Of a stretch of DNA of 64,000 nt, positions 7,562 to 16,755 are shown piece after piece (position 1 is the first letter of the stretch; each line of letters begins with the position of its first letter). Below the pieces are notes generated by a model that saw nothing but the letters and a program-made list of their open reading frames with translations, was not told where the DNA came from and searched no databases. A program made the translations under genes and the position numbers. Source of the DNA: a virus; the IMG/VR virus record IMGVR_UViG_3300045988_076131, positions 1 to 64,000 of that record; one strand, written 5' to 3'.

Positions 7562-8860
7562 ATGGCAAACGAAAACAAAATTATCGCCTATAAAGGCTTT
7601 GACAAAGATTTTAAATGCCGAGGTTTTCAATACGAGGTCGGCAAAACATACGAAATGGACGGCAATATTGCATGTTACAACCGTGGCTTTCACGCTTGCG
7701 AGTCGCCAATGGAGGTGTTCGACTATTATGATATGCTAACCTCTCGTTTCGCAGAAGTGGAACAATCCGGCAAAATGGACAAAGAAGCCGATTCAACAAA
7801 GACGTGTTCTTCGCGTATTAAAATCAAAGCAGAACTAAAACTTGCCGACATCATCAATTTGGGTGTTGAATGGCTGAAAGAAATTACTATGCCATCCAAG
7901 ATTGAAACAAATAACAGTTGCAATAAAGACTACTACGCTCAGATTGGTTCATCGGGCGACTACGCTCAGATTGGTTCATCGGGCGACTCCGCTCAGATTG
8001 GTTCATCGGGCTACTCCGCTCAGATTGGTTCATCGGGCGACTACGCTCAGATTGGTTCATCGGGCGACTCCGCTCAGATTGGTTCATCGGGCTACTCCGC
8101 TCAGATTGGTTCATCGGGCGACTACGCTCAGATTGGTTCATCGGGCGACTCCGCTAAGATTGGTTCATCGGGCTACTCCGCTCAGATTGGTTCATCGGGC
8201 GACTACGCTAAGATTGGTTCATCGGGCGACTACGCTCAGATTGGTTCATCGGGCTACTCCGCTCAGATTGGTTCATCGGGCTACTACGCTCAGATTGGTT
8301 CATCGGGCGACTACGCTAAGATTGGTTCATCGGGCAACTACGCTAAGATTGGTTCATCGGGCGACTCCGCTAAGATTGGTTCATCGGGCAACTACGCTAA
8401 GATTGGTTCATCGGGCGACTACGCTAAGATTGGTTCATCGGGCGACTACGCTCAGATTGGTTCATCGGGCTACTCCGCTCAGATTGGTTCATCGGGCTAC
8501 TACGCTCAGATTGGTTCATCGGGCGACTACGCTAAGATTGGTTCATCGGGCAACTACGCTAAGATTGGTTCATCGGGCGACTCCGCTAAGATTGGTTCAT
8601 CGGGCAACTACGCTAAGATTGGTTCATCGGGCGACTACGCTAAGATTGGCAGTAGTGGTAAAGATTCTGTCATAATGTGCGCAGGATACAACTCTAAAGC
8701 AAAGGCTGCTATTGGAAGTTGGATAACTCTTGCCGAATGGAAAAGGATAGAATATGTATGGAAACCGATTTGCGTAAAAACAGAACAGGTAGATGGGAAG
8801 CGCATTAAGGCAGACACCTATTACAAATTGATAGACGGCAAATTTGAGGAGGTTGAATAA
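7562..8860 (+). CDS. repeat protein: globular N-domain, 27 x 8-aa (x-x-A-Q/K-I-G-S-S-G) repeats, then a C-domain
   Basis: 432 aa; N-terminus KGFDKDFKCRGFQYEVGKTYEMDGNIACYNRGFHACESPMEVFDYY; the other frames of the repeat are low-complexity artefacts. Confidence 0.75.
   Translation: MANENKIIAYKGFDKDFKCRGFQYEVGKTYEMDGNIACYNRGFHACESPMEVFDYYDMLTSRFAEVEQSGKMDKEADSTKTCSSRIKIKAELKLADIINLGVEWLKEITMPSKIETNNSCNKDYYAQIGSSGDYAQIGSSGDSAQIGSSGYSAQIGSSGDYAQIGSSGDSAQIGSSGYSAQIGSSGDYAQIGSSGDSAKIGSSGYSAQIGSSGDYAKIGSSGDYAQIGSSGYSAQIGSSGYYAQIGSSGDYAKIGSSGNYAKIGSSGDSAKIGSSGNYAKIGSSGDYAKIGSSGDYAQIGSSGYSAQIGSSGYYAQIGSSGDYAKIGSSGNYAKIGSSGDSAKIGSSGNYAKIGSSGDYAKIGSSGKDSVIMCAGYNSKAKAAIGSWITLAEWKRIEYVWKPICVKTEQVDGKRIKADTYYKLIDGKFEEVE
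7928..8659 (+). repeat. 27 tandem copies of a 24-bp unit with a 192-bp higher-order duplication
   Basis: unit GAYTMCGCTMAGATTGGTTCATCGGGC; copies 12-19 and 20-27 share the same variant order (DYAQ,YSAQ,YYAQ,DYAK,NYAK,DSAK,NYAK,DYAK). Confidence 0.95.
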
Positions 8861-8862
8861 AC

Positions 8863-9069
8863 ATGGTAAACAAACAATACTTCCTTTTGGTTTTTGAGCA
8901 CGGAGATAGTATGCCGACAATCATTTCGGCTGATACAATCTCCGCGATGTACCCAAACAAAAAGTATCAAAAACTGATTATAATCAGGAAGGACAGCGGC
9001 AGTATTTGTTTTAAAAACGTGGCAAACTTCAAAATAGTTTCTGCCGAGGAAATTAACTTTAACATGTAA
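8863..9069 (+). CDS. hypothetical protein
   Basis: 68-aa co-directional ORF, 2 nt after the previous stop. Confidence 0.45.
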   Translation: MVNKQYFLLVFEHGDSMPTIISADTISAMYPNKKYQKLIIIRKDSGSICFKNVANFKIVSAEEINFNM

Positions 9070-9080
9070 CAACAACAGAT

Positions 9081-9407
9081 ATGAAGAAAACAATCAAAGA
9101 ATTTATTAACAGGCTGCGCGATGTGTGGGCTATCATACGAGGACGCAATTATGTTCTTATCCGCCACGACGAGAACACAAGCGAACAAGAGGGTTCCCGC
9201 ACAACAAGTTTTATTCTTGGCGCACATTGGCTTAGAATTAACGACCACGTAAATTATTTCTCCCGAGCAGATATGCTGCTTGACTTGCTGAACGACACGA
9301 ACAGCATAATGATGCTTACAAAGGATGCTGACGGTACGCTGACTTACTGCTACGACTGCAAGACGGAAGAAGATTTTGACGACCTAATCAGCATGGAGGT
9401 AAAGTAA
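9081..9407 (+). CDS. hypothetical protein
   Basis: 108-aa co-directional ORF. Confidence 0.55.
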   Translation: MKKTIKEFINRLRDVWAIIRGRNYVLIRHDENTSEQEGSRTTSFILGAHWLRINDHVNYFSRADMLLDLLNDTNSIMMLTKDADGTLTYCYDCKTEEDFDDLISMEVK

Positions 9408-9408
9408 T

Positions 9409-9573
9409 ATGGAGAGTGAGATTTACTACATCAACATGGATGGCAATATCTACTTCAAGGTTGAAGATGGTGTTGTCTGTTCGCAAGGCAAGCAGACCAG
9501 TGTATCGCCCGACAAGCTCTCCGACTTCCTTGCAATAGCAAAGGAGTTAGGGTTTAGAACCGGGAAGCTATGA
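9409..9573 (+). CDS. small hypothetical ORF (54 aa)
   Basis: MESEIYYINMDGNIYFKVEDGVVCSQGKQTSVSPDKLSDFLAIAKELGFRTGKL; ATGA overlap with the next ORF. Confidence 0.4.
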   Translation: MESEIYYINMDGNIYFKVEDGVVCSQGKQTSVSPDKLSDFLAIAKELGFRTGKL

Positions 9574-9754
9574 AAGCCGTACTGACATTAGACAATGGGA
9601 GAAAGATTGCCGCAGACATTTTGCCCCCCCCGATTGGAAACTCCGCAGACCACGCTTTCAAGACGAATACGAACGTTGGTTTGTAGAGGAGTTTAACAAG
9701 GCGCAGCCACACCTGATTCATAAGGTGGTGAAGGCGCACATATTAAGACACTAA
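9570..9754 (+). pseudogene. 61-codon ORF broken at a C8 tract (9624-9631) as assembled
   Basis: MKAVLTLDNGRKIAADILPPP then, with one extra C, DWKLRRPRFQDEYERWFVEEFNKAQPHLIHKVVKAHILRH; the downstream frame is protein-like. Confidence 0.45.
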
Positions 9755-9767
9755 TAATACAACAAAT

Positions 9768-10106
9768 ATGACAGAAGAAAGATTTTACTGCGAACGCCCG
9801 AAATGTAGCGTTCACAACAAAAAGACGAAGGCTCTTGCAAACAGCTTGAAGTTCTTCAAAAACGCCGAGTTTGGTTTCGGAGAGGACTTTACTCCCGAAA
9901 TGTTTTTCGACCGTCTTAAAGACGGCGTTGCAAGACTCAACAGCAAATACAAAGGCAAAGAGATTGAGGTCACGATGATGCGCTTCGGTGGTACAATATC
10001 GTACGACTTCAAGGACAATCCTAACAGCGACGCCTGTCTTGGTGGCTTGACTCTTATGCCAATAGTAACAACTATTTACAACATTAACAAGTTTAAAGTC
10101 GAATAA
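9768..10106 (+). CDS. hypothetical protein
   Basis: 112-aa co-directional ORF. Confidence 0.55.
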   Translation: MTEERFYCERPKCSVHNKKTKALANSLKFFKNAEFGFGEDFTPEMFFDRLKDGVARLNSKYKGKEIEVTMMRFGGTISYDFKDNPNSDACLGGLTLMPIVTTIYNINKFKVE

Positions 10107-10108
10107 CA

Positions 10109-10330
10109 ATGGGAATAGCATTAACAATGGGAATAGCATTAACAATCATTAATGCCGCCCTTCTTTGGGCGGTGTGGTACTTTCTCGGCAGAGCTTCGAT
10201 ATACGCAAAACTAATTAAGGAATACCGAGAGGCGTTAGAAGTCATAGGCGCGCAGGAAACAATGATACAGGCTTACAAAATGAAGTATAACACAGAGAAA
10301 ACGGAGGAAGAAAATGGAGAACAAGATTAA
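10109..10330 (+). CDS. small membrane protein
   Basis: 73 aa; begins with an 18-bp tandem duplication (MGIALT MGIALT); one TM helix; acidic tail. Confidence 0.5.
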   Translation: MGIALTMGIALTIINAALLWAVWYFLGRASIYAKLIKEYREALEVIGAQETMIQAYKMKYNTEKTEEENGEQD

Positions 10331-11018
10331 CATTGCGGAGATACTCCGCGATATGCCAAAAGGCACAAAGCTGTATTCGTCGCTGTTTGGTGAATGTATT
10401 CTCGATGAGGTTTGTACCTCTGACCGGAAAACATACCCGATTATTCTTTTAACCTCTGCGGATACTTTGGTAGGTTTTACAAAAATTGATGGTTTTGAAG
10501 ACGCGGAGTGTTCGCTCTTTCCTTCTGCCAAAATGCGTTGTTGGGACAAGTTCTTCAAGCGTGGTGATATTGTGTATAATCCGCCCAGCCAAATGTACGC
10601 TGTATTTGAGTGTTGGGCAAATGATGATTACACGGAGTTTAATACCACAATCAACTACTACAAAGACCACACCTTTGGCGAAGAGGAAGTTTGCGACACA
10701 GAATGTTTCGTAAAGGCAAATGATGAACAAAAAACATTGTTTATCGCAGCAGCAGAGAAGCATTACGGCGGCAAATACAACCCTGAAACGTTGCAAGTAG
10801 AGCCTGTTAAGGTTGTTGAACCTAAGTGTTCATTCAAGCCGTTCCAAGAGGTGTTAGTGAGATGCAACGAAGATAGCGTATGGTGTTGTGAACTCTTCTC
10901 TCACTACAACACATTCAATAAGCAATGCCCTTACGTCTGTTTATCAAGTGTCTACAAGTGCTGCATCCCTTATGAGGGCAATCAACATCTGTTAGGCACA
11001 ACAAACAATTCCAAATAA
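10314..11018 (+). CDS. hypothetical protein
   Basis: 234-aa ORF, Cys-rich C-terminal half. Confidence 0.6.
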   Translation: MENKINIAEILRDMPKGTKLYSSLFGECILDEVCTSDRKTYPIILLTSADTLVGFTKIDGFEDAECSLFPSAKMRCWDKFFKRGDIVYNPPSQMYAVFECWANDDYTEFNTTINYYKDHTFGEEEVCDTECFVKANDEQKTLFIAAAEKHYGGKYNPETLQVEPVKVVEPKCSFKPFQEVLVRCNEDSVWCCELFSHYNTFNKQCPYVCLSSVYKCCIPYEGNQHLLGTTNNSK

Positions 11019-11025
11019 CGCTAAT

Positions 11026-11277
11026 ATGGCAAAAGACTTCTCGCTTGCAAATGTTAAGTTCCGCGAGACAGAGCATATCGCTTTTGCGGATGAGTATATC
11101 ACATCGTATGTGTCAACGGACATCGTGCCCAAAATATACATGAGCGTGCATACTCCTCGTGATGCAACCGGGCTTGTTTCAGGCAAGCCCAAGCGTTACT
11201 ACCGCACACGATACAGCGCATGGGTAACGGAAAAGACATTTGCCAAGCAATATCAGAAAATAAGAGAAAAATTCTAA
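11026..11277 (+). CDS. hypothetical protein
   Basis: 83-aa co-directional ORF. Confidence 0.5.
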   Translation: MAKDFSLANVKFRETEHIAFADEYITSYVSTDIVPKIYMSVHTPRDATGLVSGKPKRYYRTRYSAWVTEKTFAKQYQKIREKF

Positions 11278-11279
11278 GT

Positions 11280-11834
11280 ATGATAAATCTTTCTTTAAAT
11301 AGACGCGACTTCCTTTATGCGGTTGAGGGCTTCGCAAGAGGCTCGCACCTCCGACAGCATGTTTGGCAGGAGATTGTATATAAGTCAATTCCGCAGATGT
11401 CAGACGACGATATGGACTTTCTGTGGTTCTATATGCGACGCAACATCTTCGAGAGATACTTCTACGAGCTGAACGGTAAGAAGAACACGCATTTCGGCTA
11501 CGAGGACTTCATGCACGCACTCGCTGCTTTGCACAGAGGAAACCGCTATAAGGTAACATTTTACAGTGAGATAGAGCACAAGCAGCTCCAAGCTCTCTGC
11601 TACCGCTTCGAAGGCGAATATCATCCGCTTTACCTCTACATTGACGGCAAGATAGTCGGCAAGACGAAGAAAAGCAGCGGTTTGCAATCGTTCAATGCGT
11701 TTGTTCCGAATGAGTGGATAAAGGCAGTTGCAAAGCACAAGACACCCGAAAACAAACACGTAGAACTCGGCAGAGAAGAATGGTGGAACGACTTGGAAAT
11801 TTACGATAATTTTAAAACGACTTACAATGGCTGA
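11280..11834 (+). CDS. hypothetical protein (start trimmed to MINLSLNRRD)
   Basis: track ORF 11220-11834 overlaps the previous gene; the ATG at 11280 follows its stop. Confidence 0.55.
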   Translation: MINLSLNRRDFLYAVEGFARGSHLRQHVWQEIVYKSIPQMSDDDMDFLWFYMRRNIFERYFYELNGKKNTHFGYEDFMHALAALHRGNRYKVTFYSEIEHKQLQALCYRFEGEYHPLYLYIDGKIVGKTKKSSGLQSFNAFVPNEWIKAVAKHKTPENKHVELGREEWWNDLEIYDNFKTTYNG

Positions 11835-12168
11835 TTTTTCAAATGTTAAAGTAGGCGATAAAATTAAGTATTACCCACGTTGGTGGGGTAACGCTCCGCA
11901 TTTCGCAACAGTTACAAAGGTAGCGCCAAAACATTTCGAAGATAGCAAGAAAGTCAAATTTCGCAAATCCGATGGTCGGTGTATTAGTAGCAGTTACATT
12001 AATTGTTCAATTGCGACAGAAGAAGATATTGCCGAGTTCAACAGACGTAAACTCCGAGAAAAAATGCTAATGGAGGCAAGCGTACTTTTGGGCATGGGTA
12101 GTTTTAGTCATAAAATCACTGACGAAGACGTGCAAGCGATTTACAACATTATCAACAAATATAGATAA
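11827..12168 (+). CDS. hypothetical protein
   Basis: 113-aa co-directional ORF. Confidence 0.55.
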   Translation: MADFSNVKVGDKIKYYPRWWGNAPHFATVTKVAPKHFEDSKKVKFRKSDGRCISSSYINCSIATEEDIAEFNRRKLREKMLMEASVLLGMGSFSHKITDEDVQAIYNIINKYR

Positions 12169-12172
12169 CAAT

Positions 12173-12529
12173 ATGATTGACAAAATAGATATACGAAAAG
12201 CGGCGTCGTCGAAACACAATCCTGCATTTGGAGTCTCTGGCTACTTAGCTGCAAGAACCGCTTTTGCCGCAGGTGTAGAATGGTTTAAGAAAGCTCTTTG
12301 GCATAGCCAGGATGAAATTCCAGAAGACGGAAGGATAATTCTTGTAAAGGGATGGTATGATTGCAAAAGGTCAGGAGATTATATCATAATTAATACTACC
12401 GAAGATATAAACTACAGTGATGTTGATCCTGATAGAAAGTTTCAATGGGAGTGCTTTTGTGAACGTGCTGTGACACCTATCACATGGTGCTACATAGAGG
12501 ACTTGCTACCGAAAGGAGGCGAGAAATGA
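12173..12529 (+). CDS. hypothetical protein
   Basis: 118-aa co-directional ORF. Confidence 0.55.
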   Translation: MIDKIDIRKAASSKHNPAFGVSGYLAARTAFAAGVEWFKKALWHSQDEIPEDGRIILVKGWYDCKRSGDYIIINTTEDINYSDVDPDRKFQWECFCERAVTPITWCYIEDLLPKGGEK

Positions 12530-12651
12530 AATATGAATTTTATCATACGCTGCCAATACACGGAATCAGCATAAAAGAAGTAGCCTCCCCAAAGGATTAC
12601 GGACAGGCGCTTCAAAACTCAAACAGAAGAAGAAAGGGTGCTAATAAATGA
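12526..12651 (+). CDS. small hypothetical ORF (41 aa)
   Basis: ATGA overlaps at both ends link it to its neighbours. Confidence 0.35.
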   Translation: MKYEFYHTLPIHGISIKEVASPKDYGQALQNSNRRRKGANK

Positions 12652-12965
12652 TTAAACCAGAAGATTTGCGCATTGGCGATATTGTGAAGGTGAAGACGGT
12701 ATCAGGCGCAGTTAAGTTGTGTATTGTTCAATCTTTAATGCAAGGAGCACGTGGTGCATCCGTTAAAGAGATAAACAACGACAATAATGGCTATACTATG
12801 GACATTAGCCCTATTCACCTTACTCTTGAACTCCTCGAAAAGAACGGATTTAAGGAGGAGCAGCATCAAAAGGAAGGCGCTTCGGAATGGTACGACTACT
12901 ATCATTACGACCTCGGCATTAATATCGTGTACGAGGTCGAAGAAAACAAGTTATGTAGCAGATAA
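12648..12965 (+). CDS. hypothetical protein
   Basis: 105-aa co-directional ORF. Confidence 0.55.
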   Translation: MIKPEDLRIGDIVKVKTVSGAVKLCIVQSLMQGARGASVKEINNDNNGYTMDISPIHLTLELLEKNGFKEEQHQKEGASEWYDYYHYDLGINIVYEVEENKLCSR

Positions 12966-12990
12966 AGAAAACTACTGGAACGGATACACA

Positions 12991-13131
12991 ATGAATGCCA
13001 TTGTTCAGTTTACTAAGTTTTGGCGTAATCACCGTTTACTAAAAGCTGAACGCGTCATAGAGAAGCATTTTCGTCGTGTAAATTCTCTGAAATCTGCCAA
13101 AATACTCAAACATATAAATAACAATTTATGA
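12991..13131 (+). CDS. small hypothetical ORF (46 aa; trimmed from track ORF 12787-13131)
   Basis: MNAIVQFTKFWRNHRLLKAERVIEKHFRRVNSLKSAKILKHINNNL; ATGA overlap with the next gene. Confidence 0.35.
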   Translation: MNAIVQFTKFWRNHRLLKAERVIEKHFRRVNSLKSAKILKHINNNL

Positions 13132-13790
13132 AAAAGATAATGTTCAGTGACAAGTACGGTCTCACACAGGCTGTACTCGAAGGCGGAAAGACCCAGACCA
13201 GGCGTATGCTAAATCCTACAATGTTTTTTCAAAAATTGGAGACCTACGAAGGGTGGTCAAATGAGGACATTAGGGCATGGAAAAGGTCATGTAATAGACG
13301 GCTCCACGAAGCCCAAGGAGATACGCTTCAGCAGATGCTTGATTACGCATTGTCGTCTTCACGTTATAAACTTAACGAGGTGGTAGCTGTGGCGCAAAAA
13401 TATAAGAATATTGCTTTAGATATGCCAGTAGAACTTGCTGCGGAGTTGATAAAACAACCAGGGTGGAATAACAAGATGTTTGTCAAGGCAGACCTTATGC
13501 CGCACCGCATCCGTATCACCAACATCCGTATTGAACGTTTGCAAGACATCAGCGATGAGGATGTAATACAAGAGGGATTTAGTAATATCTGCTTTAATAA
13601 GAATGTGGGTAACATGCTAAATGAATGGGGCTATGATTTATGTTATTATGATGCTTTTGGCAATTCACAGTCTTTACATTCGACAATAGCGAAGGAGGCA
13701 TATTCCTATCTTATAGCAAAATTATACGGATGGAACTTGTGGGATTTCAACCCTTACGCATTTGTCTACGATTTTGAACTTGTAAAATAG
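13128..13790 (+). CDS. ASCH-domain-like protein
   Basis: 220 aa; N-terminus MFSDKYGLTQAVLEGGKTQTRR resembles the ASCH beta-barrel start. Confidence 0.4.
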   Translation: MKKIMFSDKYGLTQAVLEGGKTQTRRMLNPTMFFQKLETYEGWSNEDIRAWKRSCNRRLHEAQGDTLQQMLDYALSSSRYKLNEVVAVAQKYKNIALDMPVELAAELIKQPGWNNKMFVKADLMPHRIRITNIRIERLQDISDEDVIQEGFSNICFNKNVGNMLNEWGYDLCYYDAFGNSQSLHSTIAKEAYSYLIAKLYGWNLWDFNPYAFVYDFELVK

Positions 13791-13796
13791 AGCAAT

Positions 13797-14042
13797 ATGG
13801 ATAGAACAAAGTACATGATAATAGACTGCAAACGCCGTCCACCTAAACGTGATTGCACCGTCCTTCTCTGCAAGGATAGGTTGACCGACAAGTTTTGTTT
13901 TGTCAATACAAGCTCAAAGCACGTTTGCTCATGCCGTTTTGATACGATTAAAGATGCGATAAAGGATTTAGAAAGCCAACCAGAGGTTATTTCGTATCGT
14001 ATTGTCGGGAGTGAGAAGTATCCGCTAAAACCAACAAAATAA
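13797..14042 (+). CDS. hypothetical protein
   Basis: 81-aa co-directional ORF. Confidence 0.5.
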   Translation: MDRTKYMIIDCKRRPPKRDCTVLLCKDRLTDKFCFVNTSSKHVCSCRFDTIKDAIKDLESQPEVISYRIVGSEKYPLKPTK

Positions 14043-14047
14043 ACATT

Positions 14048-14389
14048 ATGAACGAACAAATGAAACAGTACACTGGAACTAAGACAGTGAAGGCTATGCC
14101 TATGACAATGGGTGAAGCCTACGAGCGCAAGCTCTTGAAAGAGGGCGTAAGACCGTCAGAGTGTGAAACGGAGAAGGCTTACAAGCCGTCCGAAACACGC
14201 CTCGACCGCTTGCGCATTGAGTGTGACGAATTAAGAGCACGTTCAAAGGAACTGGATGCGTATCTGAATGAAGGCTTCGAAAAAGCTGCCGCAGAGATTG
14301 GTCGTTCATTGACTATGCTGCTCGTACTGCAAAGCTCGTACTTGCACAACTACCTGGACGTATTCGAAGCACTCCTTTTGGAGTGCTGA
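14048..14389 (+). CDS. hypothetical protein
   Basis: 113-aa co-directional ORF. Confidence 0.5.
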   Translation: MNEQMKQYTGTKTVKAMPMTMGEAYERKLLKEGVRPSECETEKAYKPSETRLDRLRIECDELRARSKELDAYLNEGFEKAAAEIGRSLTMLLVLQSSYLHNYLDVFEALLLEC

Positions 14390-14459
14390 AAAGAGAAAGA
14401 ACGTGGATAAATAAACAAATCTCCCAAGTGATAGTGGGAGGGTAAAAAAGAAGAATAAC

Positions 14460-14981
14460 ATGTGGCAGAAAGTATCAGAAAAGATGCCCGAAATGGGCGT
14501 AGAGGTTATTGGATATAACCGAGATTGGGTTGACGAGGATTTTAACCCAAACGGAACAAGAGTGTGTTTCTACGATGATACTGGTTGGTATTCCGCAAAG
14601 TGGGACAACGACCAAGACTCGTATAGTACCGTAGGCTGTGCACGGTGTGAATGTTCGGAAGACAACTGCGAATTTAGTAGTAGTTGTAAGTTAAAGGCAG
14701 ATCCGACACACTGGATTCCGATGCCAAAAATGGAAGAGGTTGAAATTATCGAACCAGGAAGAGAAGCTGACAAGCTCACCAAAATGGCAAAAGCGGTCTA
14801 CGAAATTGTTGACAATTACAGCGAAAAGAACGAGCTACACTGCCTGGTTCTTATGTCAGACAAAATAGGCGGAGCTTCTTTTACGATTGGCAGCGAAAGT
14901 GCGATAGCCAAAGAGTTTAAGGAACTTACAAAATGCCATGACGCATTTAAAAACATTCTTAATAAATTAAAACAGCTATGA
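14460..14981 (+). CDS. hypothetical protein (DUF551-like N-terminus)
   Basis: 173 aa; MWQKVSEKMPEMGVEVIGY... resembles DUF551 starts. Confidence 0.5.
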   Translation: MWQKVSEKMPEMGVEVIGYNRDWVDEDFNPNGTRVCFYDDTGWYSAKWDNDQDSYSTVGCARCECSEDNCEFSSSCKLKADPTHWIPMPKMEEVEIIEPGREADKLTKMAKAVYEIVDNYSEKNELHCLVLMSDKIGGASFTIGSESAIAKEFKELTKCHDAFKNILNKLKQL

Positions 14982-15385
14982 CAATCGAAGAAACAAAAGA
15001 ACGCATCGCCGTGATGCAGGCGTATGTGGACGGAAAGCAGATACAAGGGATGTGTTCGGATGGTAAATGGGTTGACGTTCCAGAACCCAGTTGGAGTATT
15101 AATGGCAACTTCCGCGTCAAGCCTGAACCCAAGTTCCGCCCGTTTAAGAATGCAGACGAGTGCTGGCAGGAGATGTTGAAACATGAGCCGTTCGGATGGG
15201 TTGTAATAATCGAAAATAATCTTTCAATCAAATACAACATTCAGGCTCTTATACAGAACGGAGTAAAAAGTACGGCTGTTTTGACTGACGATGTGATGTC
15301 AGAAAAGTTCCCATTTGAGGGAGTACTTCAGAAATTCACGTTTGTAGACGGCACACCGTTTGGAATAAAAAAGGAGGAAGTATGA
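14978..15385 (+). CDS. hypothetical protein
   Basis: 135 aa, ATGA overlap. Confidence 0.55.
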   Translation: MTIEETKERIAVMQAYVDGKQIQGMCSDGKWVDVPEPSWSINGNFRVKPEPKFRPFKNADECWQEMLKHEPFGWVVIIENNLSIKYNIQALIQNGVKSTAVLTDDVMSEKFPFEGVLQKFTFVDGTPFGIKKEEV

Positions 15386-15567
15386 TGAAAACAATAGGAG
15401 GAACCCTGCTTTTTACAGTGTGTGTATTGTTAGTGGTTGCGATACCCACTATTGTAGGTCTCCGTTTTGGTGCTTTATATGGCTTTATCTTATTTCTGAT
15501 TATAGCTGCAATCTATGGGCTGGTGTTAACCATATATGGAGATAAAATTGAAGATATGTTTTCATGA
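15382..15567 (+). CDS. small membrane protein (2 TM)
   Basis: 61 aa, hydrophobic throughout. Confidence 0.5.
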   Translation: MMKTIGGTLLFTVCVLLVVAIPTIVGLRFGALYGFILFLIIAAIYGLVLTIYGDKIEDMFS

Positions 15568-15752
15568 ACAGAAATAAAAAATTCACATTAGCAATGCTTT
15601 CGGTAGGGCTTGCTTCGGTAGTTTCGGCAGTCAATGCAATAATTAATGCTTATTTCGGTATACAATACTTTTTTGCGTTACTGTCAGCGGAATATGTAAT
15701 CTGCATACTATTGTTAATCAAATCCGATGATAAAACAGAAGATAAATTATGA
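15564..15752 (+). CDS. small membrane protein (2 TM)
   Basis: 62 aa, hydrophobic, ATGA overlaps. Confidence 0.5.
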   Translation: MNRNKKFTLAMLSVGLASVVSAVNAIINAYFGIQYFFALLSAEYVICILLLIKSDDKTEDKL

Positions 15753-16105
15753 ACAGAGAAATCAAATTCAGAGGCAAACGTCTCGACAATGGCGAATGGG
15801 TGTATGGCGACTTACTCCACCTTGTAGACGGCGTGTATATAAGCAACGACAACGGATGCAACATGGCGCAGGTAGACCCCGATACGGTCGGGCAGTACAC
15901 AGGACTAAAAGACAAAAACGGCAAGGATGTATATGAGGGCGATGTTATAGAAACTTATTCGCATTCGTATATTGTAACGTGGTTCAAAAGGTCGAGCGCT
16001 TTTCTCCTAAAAGAAGATGAGACTGATAACCTTAACGCTTTTACTCCGTCATTGGTGTTACAATCTTCCGATGCTGTTGTAACAGGCAATATTCACGACA
16101 GGTAG
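15749..16105 (+). CDS. YopX-family protein
   Basis: 118 aa; MNREIKFRGKRLDNGEWVYGDL...VGQYTGLKDKNGKDVYEGDVI is the classic YopX pattern. Confidence 0.7.
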   Translation: MNREIKFRGKRLDNGEWVYGDLLHLVDGVYISNDNGCNMAQVDPDTVGQYTGLKDKNGKDVYEGDVIETYSHSYIVTWFKRSSAFLLKEDETDNLNAFTPSLVLQSSDAVVTGNIHDR

Positions 16106-16118
16106 AAAGGAGGCTAAT

Positions 16119-16301
16119 ATGCAGGACGTAAAGATAACATTTAGGGTTCGAGTGTCTGACGATGAGAGCCGCGTCATAATTACAGAGCCGGCAATGACGC
16201 AGCCTATAAGTTTTGATGTCTTCATAGGTATCATCAGAAAACTTGCGGACTTTCAAGAAGAATGGAACGAGGAGCACAAATTAGAAAACAAAGAGAAATG
16301 A
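16119..16301 (+). CDS. hypothetical protein
   Basis: 60-aa co-directional ORF. Confidence 0.45.
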   Translation: MQDVKITFRVRVSDDESRVIITEPAMTQPISFDVFIGIIRKLADFQEEWNEEHKLENKEK

Positions 16302-16474
16302 ATCGTGAAAAATTCTGTTCAACGCCAGCATACAAAAAGCTAAGAAACGAGCTTAATACGCAGCTGTATATTCTTCGTCACACAAAAGACAAAGAAGCGA
16401 AGAGAGGCGTACAAGCCGAAATAGCACGCTTGAGGAATTTAATGGGAATCAAACCTAAAAACAAAGAACAATGA
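16298..16474 (+). CDS. hypothetical basic protein (start trimmed to MNREKF)
   Basis: ATGA overlap with the previous ORF. Confidence 0.45.
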   Translation: MNREKFCSTPAYKKLRNELNTQLYILRHTKDKEAKRGVQAEIARLRNLMGIKPKNKEQ

Positions 16475-16599
16475 CACAAGAAGAGATTCGGCACATAAAG
16501 AAACTGAAAGACGCTGGGTTTGACTGCGGCAGCAGCAGGTCAATGCTCGAAACTATACAGCTCTTGAAACTCTCAAAAGGAGAAACACGGAAAATTTAA
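16471..16599 (+). CDS. small hypothetical ORF (42 aa)
   Basis: MTQEEIRHIKKLKDAGFDCGSSRSMLETIQLLKLSKGETRKI; ATGA overlap. Confidence 0.35.
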   Translation: MTQEEIRHIKKLKDAGFDCGSSRSMLETIQLLKLSKGETRKI

Positions 16600-16617
16600 T
16601 AAAAACAAGCGACAATA

Positions 16618-16755
16618 ATGAAACAGGCAGATTATATCAGACTGACGGCACAGATTGCCGTGCTGAAAGAAATTGCCGTTGATTACAGCTGCAAGACGAT
16701 AGACAACATCATACAACAGCTTGAAGCAATTAAAAAGGAGGTAGAGAATGATTAG
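16618..16755 (+). CDS. small coiled-coil ORF (45 aa)
   Basis: MKQADYIRLTAQIAVLKEIAVDYSCKTIDNIIQQLEAIKKEVEND. Confidence 0.35.
   Translation: MKQADYIRLTAQIAVLKEIAVDYSCKTIDNIIQQLEAIKKEVEND

Noticed and set aside
7887-8675. Track ORFs 7902-8675 (+) and 7887-8141 (-) with TLRLVHRAT / MNQSERSRP repeats
   Set aside because: They are alternative-frame and antisense readings of the 24-bp tandem repeat. The 432-aa frame has proper non-repetitive N- and C-domains.
9693-10145. 150-aa minus-strand ORF
   Set aside because: It is antisense to two tightly packed + strand early genes.
12787-12990. N-terminal part of track ORF 12787-13131
   Set aside because: It overlaps the better ORF 12648-12965 in another frame. 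Only the part after ATG 12991 is kept.
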